This document shows, in pieces, positions 54,901 to 64,000 of a stretch of 64,000 nucleotides of DNA; within the stretch, counting starts at the first letter, position 1, and each line of letters opens with the position of its first letter. The position numbers were made by a program, and so were the translations under genes. The notes beneath the pieces are model-generated. The model did not search any database. It was not told the DNA's origin and worked only from the letters and a program-made list of their open reading frames with translations. The stretch comes from Phoronis australis (Eukaryota > Animalia > Phoronida). The DNA is taken from positions 161,654-225,653 of the forward strand of contig NMRA01000566.1 of the NCBI GenBank assembly GCA_002633005.1, given 5' to 3'.

Positions 54901-57900
54901 CGGTGGTTGACGTGTGTAGAGTATTGCGCGAAACAAAGCGAAACGAAACGAAACGAGACATAACGAGGCTTATTCAACAGCATAACTCTTCGAGGGAAAT
55001 ATGTTTACACATGTATGGCCACACAAGTATTACGCTTGCCCATTTAACATTTGTTTGAGTTGGTATATTTTGTTTCATTGAAATGCTGGCGATTCTAGCT
55101 TCCTCAAAGTTCTCTTCCACGTCGGAACAGCACGCGCTCTTAAATTTTACTTTCTGTAAAAATTCGTAAATGCTCGTTGCAACAATGAAGAGGAGGAATA
55201 TAGCATCGTCGGAAGTAAATATTGTCGTGAATGGCTGGTGAATTATTACAATTTACGTTTGTTTCCAGGCCAGTGCGTCACGTAACTTGATTCGCAAAAC
55301 GACGAAACAAAATTATAATGCACAGATTACTCCAGCGGAGATATCCTTTTAGGTCAGCAAGACACTGACAGTGAAATTGTGTTCAGTGCGCCCAGTAGTA
55401 CATTTCATTTTTTTTTCTCAAAACATGCATCACCGCTGAACTATGGAACAAGCCTAGCGTCACCTTTTGCAGAATCATTTCTGACAAGTGACCTTGTGCG
55501 CACCCAGCCTGAAAATGGGGGCTCGAATTTTTGAGAAGTTGTACCTTTTACTAAAAACGAGGTACCATCACAGCCATGAATTGTGCATTCGCCAAATTTA
55601 GATAGTGCCTGCCATTTTAGAGGACTTTTTTCGCGTTCTCTACTTTTTTCGAATTTTTTGTTTCTCTGAAGCGGACCTTTTGTCCACTTCGCCAAATAGG
55701 AGGGCTCGTTCGAGCCCTCCTAAGCCATCCAGAGTGCGCGGATGGTGACAACTAGTCATTGCGGACACGCTGACGCTTCAATAACACAGTCGGCGAATTG
55801 TCGAACAACAAAACAAATCTACGAAAGCCCAGTAGTGCCGTTTTGAAGTGAAGAAAAATATATTTTCTGGCGGGCACCACACAATCTTTTGGATGCTGCC
55901 GCTTAATTGAACTCTAGTGAAGACACAAGTGACTGAAAATAATTTTCTCATCAATACGTGGATGCGACAAGAATGCATGGACTTTCCGACGGTCTTCAAA
56001 TCCCTTCTTTCGGGAAATACGGTTCTTGACGCGTTACATGCTGCCAGCCTCTGACGGAACAACGTCCAGTCATATTTTGTTACATATTTTGCTAGGTCAT
56101 TTGCCACGCCAACGTCTCGTTCACCGTGACTTTAAATTTCCTATAGAAAAATGCATCTCTAGCAAGGCTCTCTTCATTTCGCATTGTTCCGATTTGGTTG
56201 TTTTCGAGAATGCATGTACTGTAAGCCTCGCAAAACAAAAAATAGTACAACGTACAATAGTGAGTTAGTGCGAAGTGCGGTAAAACGGTTATGGAAACGA
56301 ACGATGATTCACAGCAAAATCTCTATATATAAGTAGGTTTAAAAGAGACTTCTGAATACGTCATTATTTTTCTCTCATGTTGATACCTAAATCTTTACAG
56401 AATTGTGTTGAAAAATAGGAAATAAAGCATCAGTTTGTGAATAGAACTCATAATAAAACTTTAATGAGTGTAACACAAGTATTAAATTAATCCTTTAGGT
56501 AGAATTGCGTGAACAACTTACTGAAAGTATGAACTTCATCGCCAGGTGTTCCGACCGTAATGTAATCTGTGAAAATCGACTCGTTCCTGCTGCTTCACAT
56601 TTCTTGCATTGCCCTATTATATATGCATGTATTTGTGTACAGGGTTTTTCAAAACTGTCGGACACCAGTAGCTTCTTTATACAATGTAGGCAACTATCCA
56701 CGTCTGTGGCAAACAAAATGAAACGTGGGTTTTTAATGGTAAGTTTTCTGTTAATACTTGACAACCATGGGAGAGATAGAAAACCCCCTCTGGGAAACAA
56801 GATGACTGACGGTCAGTTGTCTGCTGGATCATCACGTCACTGTTACACATACATGTAAAGGGACAAGAATTGTGACAGGCCGACCGTCAAGAAGCCCAGA
56901 AGAAGACCGTCTTTATGTGTTTAACATATACGGACTGGCACGGTCAAATCAGTCGATCACAATTAGAAAGTGACAGTCCTCGAGCTGTGTGGGGCTATCT
57001 TTTAAGAACGCAAACACCGATGAAAATTTTGGCCAGCATCTCCAACTACGGTATATGGGAAAAGCACTCCGTAAATGAATATGCCGTAAACAAAAATGGT
57101 GACGCCATGTCAATAGCAGTTGAATTTTACAAAAACTATGCTATTCTGGAAAAAGACGCTGTATAATTATATTGTAAGTGTGCTAGTAACTTGTATGGTG
57201 GAATTGTTCAAGGACCCAGCCTATGATTCCTGTTTGAATCGGACGATCGGGCATGCCCAGTGGCGTCGTCTACGGTTTCGATTTGAGCATGCATAGCGGT
57301 TGCAAATGCGCGTGGTGGAAAACTAGGTCGAGTAAACAAGCCAATTTTTATATTTCCCTCTATATTCATCGGTAAAATGCATGTCTAAGTAGCAAGTACG
57401 ATAGCGAAACAGCGGTCCATCACAAATTTTTGCCATCAGCACCTGATAGTTCACGAAGTTAGCTTTTATCCCTCGGTTCTCTACCTCTCTGATCAACCGA
57501 TGCCGGCTTAATCTGTGATCACTCCGAACACATTGTTGCTATTTTCAGAAAACATAACGGGCACTTTCTTATCCATATACACTGTAAGACTTTATTCCCT
57601 TAGCATAGACTTGTCAAGAAGATCCTACACATGCACTGACATAAAGTTAAAGTGTTTAAAATCACTAATTTTATTATCAAAATGCTCTTAAAACAAACCC
57701 AAAATTCGACCAGGTGTCAAGTTAAATAGTACATTGCAAACACTGTCTGTTAATTAGCCGATATCGATGTGGGAGCATTTCATGGTCGAAACATACTACA
57801 TGAAGTCACGACAACCAACTGCAGCTTTAGTCATCATCCACTTCGCTTAGAATGAAAAGTCGTCAATTATTCCTGCTCAGATACTATATACTTTCCATCG

Positions 57901-58114
57901 CCGTTCTTGGCTTAACTCTTTTTTCCTTGTTGTTGTCGTATTCGTGGCTGTATTGGTTTTCCAACGCCAACGAGGTGTTACTGCTATATTTCGGGCGGCA
58001 ATTCTGACGGGAACACGAGGCAACTCTTAGAGCGATAAAATGAACACTTACGTGTTTTGGCGCCCAGTCTAATTTAAGCCAGAATGTCACTTACCTGTAC
58101 TAATCTAGTCACAT
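51801..58114 (-). CDS. Small mucin-like (PGTT-repeat, Cys-containing) secreted or possibly GPI-anchored protein; start codon uncertain
   Basis: Main exon 54123-54568 (cacctag| ... AG|GTAAGT). An in-frame terminal exon 51801-51969 encodes a weakly hydrophobic tail and is followed by AATAAA. A candidate upstream exon ends at 58095 (CAG|GTAAGT). Confidence 0.55.
52551..52586 (-). ncRNA. Minimal type I hammerhead ribozyme of the Penelope pLTR
   Basis: AGC-CUGAAGA-U-GAGA(UAUGUG)UCUC-GAAA-UA-UC-GCU: complete core, 3-bp stem I, 4-6-bp stem II, palindromic AUAU stem III; predicted cleavage after C52554. Confidence 0.75.
53195..54058 (-). pseudogene. Penelope RT thumb plus GIY-YIG endonuclease coding remnant
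   Basis: Open from ~53760 to the stop at 53195. Upstream of that lie an in-frame stop, a frameshift and a ~29-bp internal tandem duplication (~53918-53976). Confidence 0.8.
54123..54568 (-). CDS. Mucin-like gene main exon
   Basis: VTLLTYVTLMKMVMSMPG..CNCTCNCSHTCNC..(PGTTAS-like)x7..CSDTDC..C..KCYELLIPFVESICDVD; strong splice sites on both sides. Confidence 0.75.
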
Positions 58115-58563
58115 ATTACTAGGTGTAGCTTTAACCTCGCTTCCGAAGAAGACCTATTAGTTATTTTCTATTATAATGCACCGATTTTAAAAATTAAAAC
58201 ACAGCTAATACCCATTACACATTCGCCCAATAAATAAGCGACTAGCTCACGTCATTCTATGGCGGCACCATTACGGCTTGGATGTACCCAGGAATTCACT
58301 TGTCTATGATATTTTGGCGTGAACAGTGTATCCTTAGTCTCAGATTTTATATGATCAGTTTTGACCCTCATCGGCGCAATGGCTGTTTATTTAGTATATG
58401 CACCAAGTCAAGGCTACATGTACGCGGCCGGGGATCCGGCCTGAATGAGGATGAACGGGATCGTTCTACTGGTAGACAACACGACACGGCAGTAAACTGT
58501 ATTATGAACTTTTGAAGGCCGAGATGGCAGACGAGTTATATACATAAAGAACAGTTTTGTAAC

Positions 58564-60964
58564 CGAGTCCTTTACCCAATGAGTTACTTGTAATAAGCCA
58601 AATTTTCCATCGTACTAGGGACAGAATAGACAATCTTTCTATTTATCCGATCATTGCCATTACCCACGGTGCAGCCTCAGTGACGTCAGAAGCTCTTTAG
58701 CCAATAGGAATTAACATCGGAAAAACACTTTCTTTATAAAAATGTGAAAGAATAATAAAGACGTGATTTGTGATATAGACTTTATCCATAAACTAAATTG
58801 CATTAAACATGCATGTTTTGTACTTCAGGAACCTCAGTTTAAGTTCTTCACCCCTACATCAAAGACTAAAATGCGGGTTAATTTTGAGCTGAACGGAATC
58901 CCATTTTTAGAAGTCAGATGCCTTTTCAATCCTGCTGCTTGGCCAAGTGGAGCAACTTTCTTACCTCAGGAACAAAGGGGAGTTCTACAGCTGCGTACTA
59001 CGGGGTGAACGTATTGCGAAGTCGACTAGTCACATGAGATATTGTAAATGTAGTCGCGTTTAGTGAGCATTAGAGCCATTCGACATCGTCATATGTTCTT
59101 GATACCATTTTCAGGGTACTTTGTGGAAAAGGTAGGCCAACGTGACGAAACGACATTCGATAGTATGTTTTATGTTATTTTCTGAGTGCTGCTCAGAAAC
59201 GCTACCGTTGACTAATAAAATGATTTGGCTCGGTCAATCGGTCTTAACCTACTTAAAAATATACATGTGATTCCATTATAAAAACGAGGCAGACGTGCAC
59301 CTTGCAAGTCAGTTCATTCCTGAGGCTATAAAAGACCAACCAAATTTCATCTTCCTCGGTTGGAAGTTTGTGGGAGGCAATTGGTCATTATTATACCAAC
59401 CCTTGTCTTCAGGATATAGTGCTTACCTCACTATTTTATTACCCTTGCCTAAATGAGACTATTATAATTTCAAGAGCATACCAGGTTAATACTGTTTTTC
59501 TAACTGTCGGGCACTCCTGAGGGAAGTACATACAGCACTGATATTTGCTCTTTTTGACATTTTTGGTGTCAGCAATTGCAAAATGCACTAATGCGCTTTT
59601 GCCTGGATTACAATAACTATTGCATATAAGATATGGGAAAGTAATTGAAACACTTATGCTTGACATATTATTTTTTCAATATGGGTAAAACAGTCATGAA
59701 TGAGAGCTGGTGCCTCGTGTGTCTGATATTTCATGACAGGTCTATTCCGTTGTATTCTCGGAANCGAGTCCTTTACCCAATGAGTTACTTGTAATAAGCC
59801 AAATTTTCCATCGTACTAGGGACAGAATAGACAATCTTTCTATTTATCCGATCATTGCCATTACCCACGGTGCAGCCTCAGTGACGTCAGAAGCTCTTTA
59901 GCCAATAGGAATTAACATCGGAAAAACACTTTCTTTATAAAAATGTGAAAGAATAATAAAGACGTGATTTGTGATATAGACTTTATCCATAAACTAAATT
60001 GCATTAAACATGCATGTTTTGTACTTCAGGAACCTCAGCTTAAGTTCTTCACCCCTACATCAAAGACTAAAATGCGGGTTAATTTTGAGCTGAACGGAAT
60101 CCCATTTTTAGAAGTCAGATGCCTTTTCAATCCTGCTGCTTGGCCAAGTGGAACAACTTTCTTACCTCAGGAACAAAGGGGAGTTCTACAGCTGCGTACT
60201 ACGGGGTGAACGTATTGCGAAGTCGACTAGTCACATGAGATGTTGTAAAGGTAGTCGCGTTTAGTGAGCATAAGAGCCATTCGACATCGTCATATGTTCT
60301 TGATACTATTTTCAGGGTACTTTGTGGAAAAGGTAGGCCAACGTGACGAAACGACATTCGATAGTATGTTTTATGTTATTTTCTGAGTGCTGCTCAGAAA
60401 CGCTACCGTTGACTAATAAAATGATTCGGCTCGGTCAATCGGTCTTAACCTACTTAAAAATATACATATGACTCCATTATAAAAACGAGGCAGACGTGCA
60501 CCTTGCAAGTCAGTTCATTCCTGAGGCTATAAAAGACCAACCAAATTTCATCTTCCTCGGTTGGAAGTTTGTGGGAGGCAATTGGTCATTACCATACCAA
60601 CCCTTGTCTTCAGGATATAGTGCTTACCTCACTATTTTATTACCCTCGCCTAAATGAGACTATTATAATTTCAAGAGCATACCAGGTTAATACTGTTTTT
60701 CTAAATGTCGGGCACTCCTGAGGGAAGTACATACAGCACTGATATTTGCTCTTTTTGACATTTTTGGTGTCAGCAATTGCAAAATGCACTAATGCGCTTT
60801 TGCCTGGATTACAATAACTATTGCATATAAGATATGGAAAAGTAATTGAAACACTTATGCTTGACATATTATTTTTTCAATATGGGTAAAACAGTCATGA
60901 ATGAGAGCTGGTGCCTCGTGTGTCTGATATTTCATGACAGGTCTATTCCGTTGTATTCTCGGAA
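58564..60964. repeat. 1200-bp near-identical tandem duplication separated by a single N
   Basis: 58564-59763 vs 59765-60964; about 14 substitutions counted by eye and no indels seen. Confidence 0.95.
58681..58741 (+). promoter_or_regulatory. CRE - CCAAT - TATA arrangement (repeated at 59882-59942)
   Basis: TGACGTCA at 58681, CCAAT at 58701 and TATAAAA at 58735 in promoter-like order; no downstream gene identified. Confidence 0.3.
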
Positions 60965-61719
60965 GCAAAAAAGCCTGTTGTTCGAGCGTGCCATTTTGTT
61001 TATTTAACCGTACGCGTGCAAAATCTTGGCAATGATTTTTTGAACATATGCAGGTTATGAAAAACATTGTAAGCATAGGAATCAAAAGATCATGCGAAGT
61101 TTACATTTTGAAAAATATTAGCCATCATTTTGCAAATCATTTTTTTCTATCAGCAAATTAGAGTGACGACAATGTTTTGGTGACACTGGAAACACACTTT
61201 CGTGAGCCAATTTAGTTGTCTTTTATCTCTTAAAATTTTAGAGCCTTGATCGATTTTCTCTTAGGTGACAACATTCAAAAGCTTAGGAAATTAATTCTAT
61301 TACTTTGTGTAAGCATGTGAAATGTGCTGGCTTTTGTTGACACTGCAAGACACTGGGCAACACAGAAAGCGGTCAATGAACACACGAAACTTGTAGTTTT
61401 GATCTCAAAACCCCAACTAGTATGGGCTTACTATGTATTAGCAGCCAACGCATTCACAGCTACAAAATACTCCCTATTCCAAAAATTGGGTACCCAATGG
61501 AAATCAACAGTTTTTTTGCACTTTAGAAAGGTCTGAGGGTAGCATAAATCTTCCAGCTGTGACTTGGCTTTTGAAAGCTGTAGAGTGATTATAAAAATTG
61601 CAGTTGTAAAATAGATTGGTCAGGGGCCAACAATTAGCTTCCTTTTTGTTAGAAACGGAATTAAAAAATTTAGCAGGTTGCTATTTTAGCCACCTGGCAT
61701 AGCAAAGTGATTCTCAAAA

Positions 61720-62300
61720 TGCAGGCCAATCCACTACGGAAACAAATGTTCGGGGACGGCTTGGTCATCGGGCGGCTGCACCCTGGGAAGGCGCGGCCGG
61801 GAGTGTTGGGTGGCCCTGTAAAATGCGATGCTCGGGCGGGAGCTACCCCTGGTCCTCCAGGTATATTTGTGTCAGCACTGCCATGTAGTGCACTTTCCCT
61901 TGTAGTTAAGGTATAGCTGAGTCTGACAGGTGGGTGTGGTATGTTGTCAGTGGTGGGGCCTGTCATATACAGCGACCACAACTCCGGCTCTATGGTCGCC
62001 CAGGGTGTGGATGGGTTGCGAGCTTTGTGGGAGCGGTACTGCACTCCCCATCGTGAGGTATACAACCTGTCCCTAGGGTGATGTGCCCCAAGTCACACGT
62101 CTTGCCTGCACTCTGGAGGGGGGGGGTGTAAGCTTCAATAAATATGGAGGCAAATCCGAGAAAGGCATCGGTCCATTTCCCATTGGTTGCGACTACCTTT
62201 TTCCCACATTTCTTGCCACTCCTCTACCAGGGTCACGGCCCCCACGCGGGTGTGGCGGTGGGCAGGATTGTTCATGCATGAACAACCCTGCCCATGTGGC
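61720..62300 (+). mobile_element. GC-rich repeat remnant, possibly the terminal region of a DIRS/Ngaro tyrosine-recombinase retroelement
   Basis: Abrupt GC-rich island containing GGAGGGGGGGGTGTAAGCTTCAATAAATATGGAG, which resembles Ngaro-type terminal repeat junctions. No coding motifs seen. Confidence 0.3.
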
Positions 62301-62856
62301 ACATAATGAGCCACAACACCACGTTCCGTACAATATATTTTTATCACTCCGGCTGGTCTGCTCACTCAGCTTGTACGGAACCTGCTTTGCAGGCTGTTAT
62401 AACCCAGTTGGCTGTTTGGTGTACCCACTTGGTACTTTATTATATGATATTTGCCCATTTGGCAGTTGTACCCGTTTGGTACATTAGTAACCTGTGCCAC
62501 TTAGTATTCGATACTTAATTACACATTGGGTATCCTAAATGTGTGTGTTATCTGTTGTAATTAAGGAACCCATCTGGTTCCTTCTGTGAAATAATCATTT
62601 GTAGAGCTGTGACTCTGAAATTCCCAATACAACCTAAAATATATATCATTGTAGTTTTATTTGTCCCCAACAAATGGTTAGGAGGAAAATTCGATTGTGC
62701 CTAAAATTGGTGAGTGCCACCTTACCACCTGCTATTAAAATGTAGATTAAAATCTATCATGGATACCAGAGTAGCCGTTTGAAATTTGCAGAAGCAGACC
62801 ATAGAACTCTCCCCCTGAAATTTCAACTCTGATCTCACGGCCACTGAGTGAGACAT

Positions 62857-63008
62857 GTTTGCATTCCTTTGTTGCGGTGTGTGTATTTGTAATGGAATTT
62901 ACTGTCATTAAAACTTTTCGCAACTCGGTCGTTTGCATTCCTTTGTTGCGGTGTGTGTATTTGTAATGGAATTTACTGTCATTAAAACTTTTCGCAACTC
63001 GGTCGTTT
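62857..63008. repeat. 74-bp perfect tandem duplication
   Basis: GTTTGCATTCCTTTGTTGCGG... starts at 62857 and 62931. Confidence 0.92.
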
Positions 63009-63333
63009 CTTAATCGAATTGCCAAAGAGTCATATCAGTAAAAATACCTTTTTCAGTTATTGATGATTATACCAGAGTAAAAGACAACTAATTTTATTCA
63101 CAAATAATTATCATTTCGCATACCTGACTGGTTTGAATATTTTTAATTCTAAAAAAACACTTTTTACATAATGAAAAAAATAACAGGTTGTAATATTAAC
63201 ATAAAAAGGAAATGAACCAGTTATGTTATTTAAATGACCACATGTACCTAAGACAAAGGTTTTAAAATAGGGATCCCTCACACTTTCTGTGAAAAATTTA
63301 GTAATGTATTCGTGAGAAATTTTGGTACATAAT

Positions 63334-63363
63334 TATATATATATATATATATATACATATATA
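63334..63363. repeat. (TA)n microsatellite
   Basis: Run of TA with one CA interruption. Confidence 0.9.
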
Positions 63364-64000
63364 AAACGTACCGAGATTGGCGCATTAATATTCGACATGA
63401 TTCCGCGTCTTGGTATCTGTCTATACGCGGAATAATGTACAGTGTGATATTACTTCATCTACCCCAATCGAGGTACGTTTACTATTTATCCCATGCGCTT
63501 CGAATTACTATTTTTTTCATTTTTTGGCAGTTTTTGTAAAAACTTCATTCAGACTGTTCACGTGGCGGATCACATTCAATGTGTATGTACATGCGCGTTA
63601 GGTTGCAATACCTTGTTCTTCTGAAGTGTTACTGAAGTGCTAGGTTACTACTTATCGACCATACTTAAATGTTTCTAACATAACGCGGCAAAAATTTATG
63701 TACATGTAAGCCGCGCAGGAGATTTGGGTCGTTTTTCTACACTTAACGCCTTTTCTGTTGTCCAAGCGCGTGGAGACGTTCAGGCCATGGCTTTAGTCAT
63801 CTGGGTGTGGTCCCATCGCGACGTCTGCACATCCGTCTCATCTAATGGCATAGATCTGTTCGTCGTTTGTTGCAGAGAGGTCTGTCATCGGATCCGACTC
63901 GATCGGTTTTGACCTGTGGTCCGTCGCTTTCTGATGATGAGGTCACTTGACCCTTTATCTGAGGCGCTGGCTTCGTCTGAGCCAATGTTTTCTCTTACTC

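Noticed and set aside
55441-57166. Several 80-117-aa ORFs
   Set aside because: No recognisable motifs or consistent splice structure; probably intronic repeat debris.
63700-64000. Coding-like minus-strand stretch at the window edge, and CTGATGA at 63931
   Set aside because: The best frame has two stops and no recognisable domain, and no GAAA follows the CTGATGA hairpin. It cannot be judged without flanking sequence.

Overview
AT-rich, intron-containing animal genomic DNA, most likely a marine invertebrate (the organism cannot be fixed from sequence). It is not prokaryotic, and I found no rRNA, intact tRNA or CRISPR array. Three spliced genes for secreted or surface proteins lie on the minus strand. 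(1) A 5-exon fibrinogen-related protein (11339->6853) that, as assembled, lacks the central exon of the fibrinogen domain. (2) A 24-exon, 1140-aa VWDE-like protein (38088->14130): signal peptide, UMOD/GP2-type D8C domain, VWD with GDPH, furin site, EGF, Thr-rich stalk and two copies of an unrecognised 10-Cys module. (3) A small PGTT-repeat mucin-like gene (~58114->51801) with a doubtful start codon. Introns and intergenic DNA carry many transposon relics: a young Harbinger element, a Kolobok-type TTAA element, a degenerate Sola3, a permuted Penelope-like element with a minimal hammerhead ribozyme, a CR1/L2-group LINE 3' end, a THAP remnant and several MITEs. Single-N joins at 7478, 13348 and 59764 and a 70-N gap at 17947-18016 mean some oddities may be assembly artefacts. 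The octamer TACATGTA is strongly over-represented in non-coding DNA. All calls were made by eye; no database searches were run.
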